Shown here in pieces: positions 1 through 8,981 of a stretch of 26,739 nt of DNA. This stretch comes from Deltaproteobacteria bacterium (GTDB lineage Bacteria; Myxococcota_A; UBA9160; SMWR01): the NCBI GenBank assembly GCA_032128115.1, contig JAQBHB010000106.1, positions 1-26,739 of the forward strand. Direction: 5' to 3'. The notes beneath the pieces are model-generated. The model was given only the letters and a program-made list of their open reading frames with translations. It did not search any database and was not told the DNA's origin. Numbering within the stretch: position 1 is the stretch's first letter; every line of letters starts with the position of its first letter. The position numbers and the translations under genes were made by a program.

Positions 1-496
1 GGATCGGCGGCGGCCCGCCGACTTCGGGAGCGGGGTCGGCCAGCAGCCGGTGCGCCTCGGCCTCGTCGGCGGCGGTCATCTCCGCCGTCGATACGCAGAA
101 CTCCACCAGGATGCCGTTGGGGTCGTTGGTGTAGATGGACAGACACCAGCCGTGGTCGATCTCGACCACATCCACACCGTGTTTCAGGAGGCGAGTGCGG
201 CGCGCCGCGATGTCGTCCAGACCGTCGGCCTTGAACGCGATGTGGTTGGCCCAATGGGGAAGACCCAGGCCATCGCTGATGGCGGTGGGCCACTCGGTAC
301 CGAGTTTCTCGTCGTGGATGTCCCAGAAGGCGATCAGCTCGCCCTCGCCGGTTTCGTAGAAGAGATGCTTGGCCCAGCCCTGTTCGGGCGTGGCTCCTGT
401 CGCCACCTTCACCAGGCGGAAGCCCATGGGTCCGGTGTAGAACTCGTGGTTGGCCTTGATGTCCCGGGTGGCGATGGCGACGTGGTGGTATGCCAT
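1..496 (-). CDS. VOC/glyoxalase family protein (3' end runs off the window)
   Basis: Not in the ORF track because there is no stop inside the window. Manual translation from ATG 496: MAYHHVAIATRDIKANHEFYTGPMGFRLVK...NHIAFKAD...SIYTNDPNGILVEF. HHVAI, HIAF and DPNG..VE are VOC metal-binding motifs. AGGAG RBS just upstream. Confidence 0.9.
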   Translation of the reverse strand, partial: MAYHHVAIATRDIKANHEFYTGPMGFRLVKVATGATPEQGWAKHLFYETGEGELIAFWDIHDEKLGTEWPTAISDGLGLPHWANHIAFKADGLDDIAARRTRLLKHGVDVVEIDHGWCLSIYTNDPNGILVEFCVSTAEMTAADEAEAHRLLADPAPEVGGPPPI

Positions 497-550
497 GGCA
501 GCTCTCCTGTGCGGTGTCGACCCCAGGGTCACCCAGGGCAACCGCCGGCG

Positions 551-1183
551 TCAATCCAGGAACCAGGTGGTACCCAGGAAGAAGCCGCTCATGTCCATGC
601 CGCTGTTGGGGCTGCCGGTGGCGGCGTTCGAGATGTGCTGATACCGCCACTCTCCGGTGAGCGCCAGGCGCCGGGTCACGAACACGTGAGAACCCACGCC
701 GGCCTGCAGGCTGAAATTGAAGCCGTCGCGCTGGGAAGCCAGATCGAAGTCGAGATCCAGGATTCCGGCACCGGCGGAGACGAAGGGCACGAAGCATCCG
801 TCGCGGAGCCAGTTGTATCGCAGCAGGAACGCTGCGCCGCCGGCGTGGCCGCTGCCCGGCCCGGTCTCGATCAACGCCATGCCCTCCACCAGCACCTCCC
901 AGTTGCCCCGGTACCAGGCCTCGCCCCCCACCGGGTCGCCGAGCCCGATGCCCCAGTCGCTGGTCACCGCCGCGTACCGCACGTGGTCCACGTCGCGGCT
1001 GCCGTCGTAGCGCTCGAGAGAGAAGGCGTAGCCGCCCAGCACCCCCACATGGGCCTTTCCACGGGCGAAACGATCCGGGGCCCCCGGGCCCTCGGCGCGG
1101 GCCGGCCCTGCGGACCCCGCCAGGATCCCCAGCGCCAGCCACCCCAGCCCCAGGGCCCACCCCCCGCGCAGACTCCATCGCAT
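551..1183 (-). CDS. pagL: Acyloxyacyl hydrolase / lipid A 3-O-deacylase (PagL-like outer-membrane beta-barrel)
   Basis: Signal peptide (MRWSLRGGWALGLGWLALGILAGSAGPARA), alternating beta-strands, PFVSAGAG, FNFSLQAGVG, and RYQHISNA...PNSG carrying the PagL His-Ser catalytic motif. Aromatic-rich C-terminus. Start trimmed from the track's 1261 to ATG 1183. Confidence 0.8.
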   Translation of the reverse strand: MRWSLRGGWALGLGWLALGILAGSAGPARAEGPGAPDRFARGKAHVGVLGGYAFSLERYDGSRDVDHVRYAAVTSDWGIGLGDPVGGEAWYRGNWEVLVEGMALIETGPGSGHAGGAAFLLRYNWLRDGCFVPFVSAGAGILDLDFDLASQRDGFNFSLQAGVGSHVFVTRRLALTGEWRYQHISNAATGSPNSGMDMSGFFLGTTWFLD

Positions 1184-1245
1184 GGGGGTGGGTGGCCGGC
1201 CTGGGGACCCAGGTGACGAGGTCGAAGGCCCACGCCCCCGGGCTC

Positions 1246-1278
1246 GGCAGCTCACCGGCAACTCACCGGCAACTCACC
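1246..1278. repeat. 11-bp tandem direct repeat x3 (GGCA[G/A]CTCACC)
   Basis: GGCAGCTCACC-GGCAACTCACC-GGCAACTCACC read directly in the divergent intergenic region. Confidence 0.9.
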
Positions 1279-1478
1279 CCACACAAGCCGGAAACCCATG
1301 CGTCGCGGGGCCGCAACGCTGCTTCCCGAACCGGCGAATGTGTCGCGGAACCTGTCGCAACTAGCTGAATTTCTACGCATTTTTTCCTAAACCCGGATCT
1401 CGATCCGTCCGAAAAACAGCAGATGACCCGGAAGCTGAAGGCGGTACGGGAACCTCGAGCTGGCGGGGGGCACGCAGC

Positions 1479-2693
1479 ATGGTGAGCGCCCTGATCCACA
1501 TGCTCGTATTCGTCGTGTTCTGCAATCGCTACTTCGGCGGCAACCTGCTGAAGCGGATCCGGGGAACCCGGTTCGACGAGGCCATCGACGACTACGAGCC
1601 CAGCGTGACCGTGGTGGTGCCCATGTTCAACGAGGGCGAGAGCATCCAGGCCACCATCCACAGCCTGCTCGGCCAGGCCTATCCGGATGACAAGCTCAGC
1701 GTGATCGTGGTGGACGACTGCTCGTCCGATGACAGCTATCTGTGGGCGCGCAAGGCCAGCGTAGACGCCCCGAACGTGACCGTGGTCCGGAACGCGCGCA
1801 ACCTGGGCAAGCGCCGTTCGATCAATCGGGCCGTCCTGGAGACCCGCTCCGAGATCATCGTTTCCGTGGACTCGGACGTGATCGTGGACCGACACGCGGT
1901 CCGCCAGCTGGTGCGCCGGTTCGTACGACCGGAGATCGCCGCGGTGGGCGGCCGGGTCAACGTCAGCAATCGCAGCGACAACTGGCTCACGCGCATGCAG
2001 ACCATCAAATATTTCTACGGGTACGAGTACAACAAGAACATCGAGCGCTGCTTCCGCTCGGTCCTCTGCCTGTCGGGTTGCCTCACCGCCTACCGTCGCA
2101 GCGTCCTGCTGGAACTCCACGAGATGCTCGAGAATCGCACTGTCATGGGAAACCAGATCAAATACGGAGAGGATCGCTACCTCACGCGCCAGATCGTGAA
2201 GGCCGGACACCAGACGGTGATGACCCTGGATGCGATCTGCTACACGACGGCGCCGCGCGGGTTGCGGGAATACTTCTCCCAACAGCTGCGTTGGCGCCGC
2301 TCGAACCTGGTCGACTACTTCGGCGGCATGAGTCATGTGTGGAAATTGCACCCGATCGTGGCCGTCCACTATTTCGCGACCTCGGCCCTGCTGCTGGCCT
2401 ACCCCGCCATGGTCTTCAACGCCCTGGCGACGGGCCGCTTCTGGGACCTGGCCATGCTGCACCTGGGCATCGCCACGCTGCTTGGCCTCGTGTATCGCGT
2501 GCAGACACGCGGGCTCCCCGAAGACGAACGCGTGAGCGCCCTGTGTTACCTGAGCGCCATCCTGGTCATGCCGGTGACGTACCTGGTGCTGACGCCGCTG
2601 GCGCTGTTCACCCTGGACACCGGAAGCTGGGAGACCCGCGGAGAGGCCTACCAGCCCCTGGCTCCCCACCGGGACGACCGGAGCTCGTCGTGA
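1479..2693 (+). CDS. Processive GT2 glycan synthase, NodC/hyaluronan/chitin synthase-like
   Basis: VVVPMFNE, VVDDCSSD, NLGKR, DSD, CLSGCLTAYRR, GEDRYLT, QQLRW (D,D,D,QxxRW) and C-terminal SWETR (WGTR-like). One N-terminal and about 3 C-terminal hydrophobic segments; 404 aa. Confidence 0.9.
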   Translation: MVSALIHMLVFVVFCNRYFGGNLLKRIRGTRFDEAIDDYEPSVTVVVPMFNEGESIQATIHSLLGQAYPDDKLSVIVVDDCSSDDSYLWARKASVDAPNVTVVRNARNLGKRRSINRAVLETRSEIIVSVDSDVIVDRHAVRQLVRRFVRPEIAAVGGRVNVSNRSDNWLTRMQTIKYFYGYEYNKNIERCFRSVLCLSGCLTAYRRSVLLELHEMLENRTVMGNQIKYGEDRYLTRQIVKAGHQTVMTLDAICYTTAPRGLREYFSQQLRWRRSNLVDYFGGMSHVWKLHPIVAVHYFATSALLLAYPAMVFNALATGRFWDLAMLHLGIATLLGLVYRVQTRGLPEDERVSALCYLSAILVMPVTYLVLTPLALFTLDTGSWETRGEAYQPLAPHRDDRSSS

Positions 2694-3820
2694 ACGCGCC
2701 CGCCTGGCTGAGCGACGAGCCGCTCAAGCAGCTGATCAGCGCCTGGAATGCACTCATCACCTCGATCTACAAGATCGTGGGCTTTGCGATGCTCACGCTG
2801 ATCCTGGTGGGCCTGGCCTGTTACTTCGGGGTGAACGCCTTCTACCTGTTCGCAGACTCGTGGGTGGCGCCGGTCATCCTGTCGCCCCATCACGAGCGGG
2901 TCCTGCACGTCAGCAGCCAGGCCCTGGCTCACCAACACCAGCGTCGCAAGCTCGAGGGCGAGCTCATGGAACTGGAGAGCCTGGTGGCGACCGCCGATCG
3001 GGGCATTGTCCTCAACGAGGATTTCCAGCGCAGCTTCAACTCGGCACTTTCCGAGGAAATCACGTCGCGCAAGACGTATCTGGCCCAGGCCGAACGCCTG
3101 GACCACGATCAACGGGAATCGGAGCGCGCGGTGATGGACACGAACCAGGCCTTCCTGGAAACGGCCGCGCCGGAGCTGGAAGCCCAGTACGAGGCAGGCC
3201 TGTTGGATCGAGCCACCTACACCCAGGCCCGTCGCAGCCTGGCCGCCATGACCCAGAGCGAGCTGTCCCTGCGCCAGAGCGTTCTCCAGTTGTCGTCCGT
3301 CGTGCGCGACTCCCGGCGCGCGGTGGATTCGATGCAGGGGGCTCTCGACCCCGACGCGGTGGGCACGGCCGGCGAGGCTCGCAGCTATGACGTGTTGGTG
3401 ATGAAACAGGAATTTCAACGCTCCGTGATCGAATCCGCCCATCTGCGCCGCGAACGCGACAACGGCGTGCGTCTGATCGGACTGCTGCAGGAATCGATCG
3501 CGAGCTACGACCAGCTGCTGGTCGAACTCGACAACTCCCCCTACAAGCGCGCCCTCGTCGAGCGGGTGAACCTGGCCTTCGTCCCCTACGAGAACCTGGA
3601 CGAGGTGAGCGAGGGCCGCGCGCTGTACGGATGCTCGGCCGGACTGATCTGGTGCCGCCCGGTGGGCCGGGTGATCACGACCCTGGACGGCGAGGTGGCC
3701 GTCAACCACCCGCTGCGCAGCGAGCTGGTGCGCGGCCTGATGATCGAAATCGACCTCGACGATGCCAGCTGGGCGGAGGAGAAGGCGCTCTACCTGGGAA
3801 GCGCGCCTCTCTTCTTCTGA
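2690..3820 (+). CDS. Membrane-anchored coiled-coil protein, probable remote HlyD/membrane-fusion (periplasmic adaptor) homolog
   Basis: GTG start overlaps the upstream stop (GTGA). One N-terminal TM (IVGFAMLTLILVGLACYFGV), long heptad helices with the hairpin-tip-like LEAQYEAGLLDRATYTQAR, and a C-terminal beta-rich domain starting LAFVPYENLDEVSEG. The CDS is secure; the family call is inference. Confidence 0.65.
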   Translation: MNAPAWLSDEPLKQLISAWNALITSIYKIVGFAMLTLILVGLACYFGVNAFYLFADSWVAPVILSPHHERVLHVSSQALAHQHQRRKLEGELMELESLVATADRGIVLNEDFQRSFNSALSEEITSRKTYLAQAERLDHDQRESERAVMDTNQAFLETAAPELEAQYEAGLLDRATYTQARRSLAAMTQSELSLRQSVLQLSSVVRDSRRAVDSMQGALDPDAVGTAGEARSYDVLVMKQEFQRSVIESAHLRRERDNGVRLIGLLQESIASYDQLLVELDNSPYKRALVERVNLAFVPYENLDEVSEGRALYGCSAGLIWCRPVGRVITTLDGEVAVNHPLRSELVRGLMIEIDLDDASWAEEKALYLGSAPLFF

Positions 3821-3825
3821 TCTCC

Positions 3826-5061
3826 ATGCGACGACAACCGGCACTCTGCCTGATCGTGGCAAGCCTCGCTTCGGCTGCCAGCGCCGAGCCCTCACAGGAG
3901 GACGGCTGGGGCGCCGTGGGCGAGTCAAAGGCTTATTGTGAGTACGTCACGGCCCTGACCGAGGGCGAACGGGCCCTGCTCCTGTCGCCCGAGCTGTTCA
4001 CCCTGACCAGCACCGTCGCCAGCGAGGAAATCGGGGCCCAGGCCCTGGGCAACGGCGTGGGCCTGCGGCAGTCCGTGGGGCTCCGGATGCGAACCAGTCA
4101 TCTGCGCCGCGGGGGTGCCCTGCGCAAGCGCACCGAGGCCGAGTGCGAGCGCTACCGCGCCCAGGCCCAGCTTGCGCGGATCCTCGAGCAGTCGCCGGAC
4201 GTGGGCCTGCGCGAAGGCCTGCGGGCCGAGACGCGCGCACTCGAAGCCGCCCTGTTCGTCGCCGACTCGCGCGTTGCAGACGTGCGCACGCAGGTGGGGG
4301 CGCGAATGGCCACCCAGCAGGAACTGCTTGACGCACAGCTCAAGCTCGAACAGCTCCGCAATCGGCTTCGCGGCTTGCGGCGGCAGAGCGACTCCCTGCC
4401 CACGCTTCCCGATGGGCTTCCCGGCGAGATCACCGAACTGATGAACGACTTCCGCGAGGCCGACGAGCGCTACGCGGCGGCGGACGCGAGTGTCCGCGAG
4501 TCCAGCGCCTGGGATCTCGACCTGCGCGGCGGCTACGACCAGATCATCGGCGACTCCCGCGACATCCCGGCATTCGCCACCGTTTCGTTCTCCATGAGCC
4601 TGGGGGCGCTGAGCCAGAAGAGCGCCCACGACCGGGGGCTGCGCAAACGCGACGAATGGCGACGCCGCGAATTTGGCGGTCTGCGACGCGGGATGGACGA
4701 TCTCGTCCAGAACCTGGAAGCCACGCGTCACCACGCGCAGCTGCGCCTGGACCAGGTGCGCGGCCTACGCGACGAACTCGCGGAGCGCCTGGCCGCCATC
4801 GAACCCCTCACCGGTGAGTACGCGCGCCGCCACCGCGACACCCTGTGGTTCGAGTGGGTGACGGCTGGCGCCGAAGCCGCCCACCTGGAGGCGCGGCTGC
4901 CGCGTCTCGAAGCCTTCCTGGTGGCCGCAGCGGGAACTTCCATGCCCGCCGTGGCCGCTGGCGCCGATCAGTCGCTGCGCCCGAGGATCCCGGCGCCCCC
5001 GCAGGCGAGTACGCCCAATCCCGCCAGCCAGATCCCGGTGCGGAACGAACCGGGTCGGTAG
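3826..5061 (+). CDS. Secreted protein, probable remote TolC/outer-membrane factor homolog
   Basis: ATG 5 nt after the upstream stop. Sec signal (MRRQPALCLIVASLASAASA). Two repeats of a beta-strand pair plus long helices (LSPELF..GLRQSVGLRM; WDLDLRGGY..ATVSFSMSLG) and the TolC-like helix GARMATQQELLDAQLKL. Pro-rich tail. Confidence 0.6.
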   Translation: MRRQPALCLIVASLASAASAEPSQEDGWGAVGESKAYCEYVTALTEGERALLLSPELFTLTSTVASEEIGAQALGNGVGLRQSVGLRMRTSHLRRGGALRKRTEAECERYRAQAQLARILEQSPDVGLREGLRAETRALEAALFVADSRVADVRTQVGARMATQQELLDAQLKLEQLRNRLRGLRRQSDSLPTLPDGLPGEITELMNDFREADERYAAADASVRESSAWDLDLRGGYDQIIGDSRDIPAFATVSFSMSLGALSQKSAHDRGLRKRDEWRRREFGGLRRGMDDLVQNLEATRHHAQLRLDQVRGLRDELAERLAAIEPLTGEYARRHRDTLWFEWVTAGAEAAHLEARLPRLEAFLVAAAGTSMPAVAAGADQSLRPRIPAPPQASTPNPASQIPVRNEPGR

Positions 5062-7109
5062 CGCATCTCGATCTCGTGAACGCCGGCTGGAACGACCACG
5101 GCCCGGAAGTCCAGATTGGCGCGCAGCATCCGCACCGGCTCGCCGTCCAGGCTCGCCTCCCATCCGGGATAGTGCGCATCCGTCAGCACGACCAGGCCCG
5201 GCTCGTCCCCCTCGCTGCGGATCACCACGCGCTCCGGTTCGTAGACCCGGATCCGGGTGTCATCGGGATCGGCGGGCGCTGGCAGCGGCCCCCGGATCTG
5301 CAACCCGGGCGGGACGTCGTCGACCATCACGATGCGCCACGGGTCGAACGATTCATCCGTCAGCAAGCGCACGGCACTGGACAACTCGTCCGGTTCGGCC
5401 ACCGCCCTCGCCACCCGGTACACGTGGGGCATGGCGTGGGGGTTCTCATAGACCGCCACGCCGGCGTCGGGCGGTGAAACGCGGCGATAACGCTGCCCCA
5501 GCCAGCCGTAGTCTGGCTCGCCGACGATGGTGCGGACCGAGAACAGATCGAGGATTCCGGCGCGGTCACCGCTTCGGGGCAACAGCATGCGGCCCGAAAA
5601 CGGGGCGACCGGTCCGTCGCGCGTGGACTTGCGCCCGGGGGTCGGCTCGCGCGTAAAGACCGTGAGAGGTCGGCCGGTTTCGAAATAGGTGATGAGCTGG
5701 GCGGAACGCGCCAGGGTCAGCGGCTCGAGGTCGTGGACGGCATAGCTCTCGCGCCAGGCGCGCTGGCGATCGCCACGGCTGGGCCAGTAGATGCGCCCTC
5801 CAGGCTCGATCGCGGCAGCGGCCCCCGCCCGGGTGAGCTCTTCGGCCAGGCTGACGGGCTCGGGAAACGAGCGCGCGAACGGCTGGACCGTGGACCACAC
5901 CGGCCACGCGCCCGTGGCGAAGGTCAGGCCGAAGGCCGCGGCCCCGGCCGCGAGCGCCGCCCGGGGCCATCGAACCAGTGCGTCTTGCAGGTGCGTGGTT
6001 CCCACGCCGGCGGCCACGGCCAACGCCAGGGTCAGGAGCAGCCGATACTTGTACGGGAAGCGGAAATCGCCGAACACGGGAAGCTCCCGCAGCCAACCGT
6101 AGAGCGGTGTGTGCGCCGGCCATGAGGTCGCCAACGCCAGCAGTCCGATTCCCAGCAACACGCCCACGTGGCCGCGCCTGCGGCCGGGAAGCACCAGCGC
6201 CAGCAGTGCCAGCACGAGGCTCAGCGCGCCAGGCACCCCATCGGTATAGCCGCGTGCGAACAGGTCGTTGAAGAAAGACTGGGGGCTGTGTGGCTTGCCG
6301 ACGAAGATCGCCTGGGACTCCACCAGCGCGCCCAGGGCGCGGCAGCTGCGATCCACCAGCTCCAGGGACGGCAGCATCTGCGGCGCCGCCAGCATCAACC
6401 CCACGGCCCCCCCCAGCGCGAGCGCCAGGATCGGCCGCCACGGCAGCTGTCGGGTGCGCACCGCCTGCTCTCCCAGGATGGCGGCGGTGTAGAGCAGCGA
6501 GGCCAGGATCACCATGGCGAACGTGTAGGGCCAGCCCGAGAGCAGGGAGAGTCCCACCGCAATCGCGAGCACCGCGGCACGTGCCGGCGAGGGATGCTCC
6601 AGGCTGCGATCCACGGCCCAGAGCACGCCCGGCGCCCAGGCCGCCGCATAGTGGGTCGCGGGCGACCAGATGGTTCCCACCACCTGGAGTGAGGTCGCGT
6701 AGGCGAGACCGGCCACCGCGCCGCCCCAACGACCGGCGCCCAGGGCACCCGCCAGACCTCCGGCCAGCAGCACGGAAAGCCCCACGTGCAGACAGGCCAG
6801 CGCCAGGAATGCCGTCTGGGCCGGCAGCCAGGCGTGCAACAGATTGGGCGGATACAACACCCCCGCCTGGAGCGTGGCGAGAAACGGCCCCCCCGCGCTG
6901 TGGTGGGGATTCCAGAGGGGGATCTGCCCCTCTGCCAGGCGCGCACCCGCGTATTCGGCGTTGGGCAGGTAGTAGTCGACGAAGTCTCCCGACCAGCCGC
7001 GGGCCACACCCCGCAGATCGGGCAGCGAGGCCTGGGTGCCGAGGATCAGCCATCCCGTGCTGATCACGGCTGCGGCCGTCACGAGGGCCGCAAGGTCGCG
7101 ACGGCTCAC
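4968..7109 (-). CDS. YfhO-like polytopic membrane glycosyltransferase (GT-C fold)
   Basis: GDFVDYYLP, GQIPLWNPHHSAGGPFLA...LYPPN, many TMs, FRFPYKY, and C-terminal LVVLTDAHYPGWEASLDG...RANLDFRAVVVPAGVHEIEMRYRP typical of YfhO. GTGA-coupled to the upstream gene. Confidence 0.85.
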   Translation of the reverse strand: MSRRDLAALVTAAAVISTGWLILGTQASLPDLRGVARGWSGDFVDYYLPNAEYAGARLAEGQIPLWNPHHSAGGPFLATLQAGVLYPPNLLHAWLPAQTAFLALACLHVGLSVLLAGGLAGALGAGRWGGAVAGLAYATSLQVVGTIWSPATHYAAAWAPGVLWAVDRSLEHPSPARAAVLAIAVGLSLLSGWPYTFAMVILASLLYTAAILGEQAVRTRQLPWRPILALALGGAVGLMLAAPQMLPSLELVDRSCRALGALVESQAIFVGKPHSPQSFFNDLFARGYTDGVPGALSLVLALLALVLPGRRRGHVGVLLGIGLLALATSWPAHTPLYGWLRELPVFGDFRFPYKYRLLLTLALAVAAGVGTTHLQDALVRWPRAALAAGAAAFGLTFATGAWPVWSTVQPFARSFPEPVSLAEELTRAGAAAAIEPGGRIYWPSRGDRQRAWRESYAVHDLEPLTLARSAQLITYFETGRPLTVFTREPTPGRKSTRDGPVAPFSGRMLLPRSGDRAGILDLFSVRTIVGEPDYGWLGQRYRRVSPPDAGVAVYENPHAMPHVYRVARAVAEPDELSSAVRLLTDESFDPWRIVMVDDVPPGLQIRGPLPAPADPDDTRIRVYEPERVVIRSEGDEPGLVVLTDAHYPGWEASLDGEPVRMLRANLDFRAVVVPAGVHEIEMRYRPGSFRTGIWLAGLGVLACGGAGILGRSD

Positions 7110-7957
7110 GACTCACTCCGCACGGCGTGGGCCGTCACGATGTCGAAGAGGTTGACGGGAACGCGCAGCCCGGCGCCGGGCCAGCGCTCGGGGCGGGCTG
7201 CCGAGCGCCCGAACACGGTCTTTCGCAGCCGTTCGAACAGGTAGCCCAGGGTGTAGACCGAGGACTCGGCGTGCATGGATTCTACGCGCAGCCCGTGGCT
7301 CTCCAGAAGCCGCCGCAGGCTTTCGCGCGTGTAGAAGAACAGGTGTTCCGGGATCGTGTACAGGTGCCAACGCGAGCCCGACCATCGCGCCACCTGACTT
7401 CCCACGTCGCCGGTGCACAGGGCCAGGCGCCCGCCGGGTCGCAGCACGCGCACCAGCTCCGCCACCGCCGCATGGGGGTCCGGCAGGTGCTCCAACACAT
7501 CCCACAGGGTCAGGGCATCGAAGCACCCGGATCCGAAGGGCAGCGCTTCCGCATCGGCCACCACCAGGCGACCGGCGGTCAGCAGGCCCCCGTGTCGCGC
7601 CGCCGGTGCGGAGATCTCGATCCCAGAAGCCTCCCAACCGCAGCGCCGTGCCTCGTCGAGGGCGAAACCGTAGGCAGCTCCCACGTCCAACAGCCGTGCG
7701 CCGGCCCGTGGCAGCGGGATGGCGCGCAGGCGATGGGCGAAGGTTGCGCGCAGCGACGTCTCCAGGTCTTCGTAGGCGTCGTATCCGTGGCGAGTGTCCG
7801 CCCCCGAGAAGTAGGCCGCGTCGTACAGGCGGCGGGGACAGAAATCTTCCGCGGGCTGCCAGAACACCAGCCCGCAGTCGGCACACTCCAGGATCTCGAC
7901 GCCGTCCTTGCGGAACTTCGCCCGGGCTCCGAGCGCCCCGCACACCGCACAGGTCAC
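7106..7957 (-). CDS. Class I SAM-dependent methyltransferase with N-terminal CxxC...CxxC zinc ribbon
   Basis: CAVC...CADC, motif I LLDVGAAYGF, FDALTLWDVLEHLPDP, LRPGG, PEHLFFY. GTGA overlaps at both ends. Confidence 0.9.
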   Translation of the reverse strand: MTCAVCGALGARAKFRKDGVEILECADCGLVFWQPAEDFCPRRLYDAAYFSGADTRHGYDAYEDLETSLRATFAHRLRAIPLPRAGARLLDVGAAYGFALDEARRCGWEASGIEISAPAARHGGLLTAGRLVVADAEALPFGSGCFDALTLWDVLEHLPDPHAAVAELVRVLRPGGRLALCTGDVGSQVARWSGSRWHLYTIPEHLFFYTRESLRRLLESHGLRVESMHAESSVYTLGYLFERLRKTVFGRSAARPERWPGAGLRVPVNLFDIVTAHAVRSES

Positions 7958-8916
7958 GGCGTGTCCGACTCGTTCCGGGAATCGATCACATAGCGGGGGC
8001 GTCGCTTCACCTCGGCGTAGACGCGACCCACGTACTCACTCAGGATTCCCACCGAGAGCAGTTGCACGCCGCCGAAGATCAGGATCAACACCACCACCGA
8101 AGTCCAGCCGCTGGCCACCACGCGACCGGTCAGATGGGCGATCAGGGCAAAGATCCCGAAACCCAGGCCGAACAGGGTAGTGACGGCGCCCAGCACGGAA
8201 ATCAGCCGAAGGGGCAATACCGAAAACGAAAAGATCCCGTCAAGCGCCAGCCGAATCATGGGCCAGAGCCCGTACTTGCTGTGACCCGCAAAGCGTGGCT
8301 CCACCTGGTAGCTGACGCGGGTGTCCTGGAACCCGAGCCAGGGGATCAGGCCCCGGGCAAAGATGAAACGCTCCTCCAGCTCGTTGAAGGCATCCACCGC
8401 GCTGCGATCGAGCAGTCGGAAGTCGGCGCTGGCCGGAATCACCGGAACCGAGGTCAGGGCCGACATCACCCGGTAGAAGAGCCGCGCCGCGCGCTCCTTG
8501 GCGCCGTGCCGTGCGCCGGGAGGCGGCCGCCGCACCGTGTGCACCACGTCGGCCCCACCTCGCCACGCCTCGATCAGGGTGGGCAGGAACTCGGGGGGAT
8601 GTTGCAGATCGCCGTCCATGGTGACCACGGCGTCGCCCCGGGCGTGGCGAAGGCCGGCCACCAGCGCCGCCTGGTGCCCGAAGCTGCGGGTGAAGCGAAT
8701 CGCGCGCACACGCTCGGGCTCGGCCTTGTGCAGATCGGCCAGCTTCTCCGGCGTCCGATCTCGACTTCCGTCGTCGATGAACAGGATCTCGTGGGCGACG
8801 CCGGTAGGCGCCAGGGCCTCGGCGACCCGGCGCACCAGCTCATCGACGCAGCCCTCCTCGTCCAAGACGGGAACCACGATGGAGATCAGGGGACGTTCGG
8901 GGCGGGATCGGGACAC
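7954..8916 (-). CDS. Polyprenol-phosphate glycosyltransferase (GtrB/ArnC-like GT2)
   Basis: ISIVVPVLDEE, FIDDGSRD, RSFGHQAAL, MDGDLQHPP, ADFRLLDR, RFAGHSKY, two C-terminal TMs, EYVGRVYAEVKRRPRY. Confidence 0.92.
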   Translation of the reverse strand: MSRSRPERPLISIVVPVLDEEGCVDELVRRVAEALAPTGVAHEILFIDDGSRDRTPEKLADLHKAEPERVRAIRFTRSFGHQAALVAGLRHARGDAVVTMDGDLQHPPEFLPTLIEAWRGGADVVHTVRRPPPGARHGAKERAARLFYRVMSALTSVPVIPASADFRLLDRSAVDAFNELEERFIFARGLIPWLGFQDTRVSYQVEPRFAGHSKYGLWPMIRLALDGIFSFSVLPLRLISVLGAVTTLFGLGFGIFALIAHLTGRVVASGWTSVVVLILIFGGVQLLSVGILSEYVGRVYAEVKRRPRYVIDSRNESDTP

Positions 8917-8981
8917 GGCGTCTGCGTCAGCGTATCACATGAGATCGTTGGCGATCGGCGCGCCGGTCCCGGGGCGGCCCC

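Noticed and set aside
50..1216. Long plus-strand ORF, and similar long ORFs (1263-2669 -, 15406-17358 +, 17349-19751 +, 23904-25205 -, 25277-26503 -)
   Set aside because: They lie antisense to genes with clear motifs; stop-poor shadow frames are expected at this GC content and show no family motifs.
1246..1278. CRISPR array or iteron origin
   Set aside because: The units are 11 bp and contiguous with no spacers, and no cas or rep genes are present.
1290..1320. Possible c-di-GMP-I (GEMM) riboswitch upstream of the synthase (GGAAACCC...GGGGCCGCAACGC)
   Set aside because: Superficial resemblance only: no GNRA tetraloop in P1 and no recognisable P2 tetraloop receptor. An Infernal/Rfam scan would settle it.
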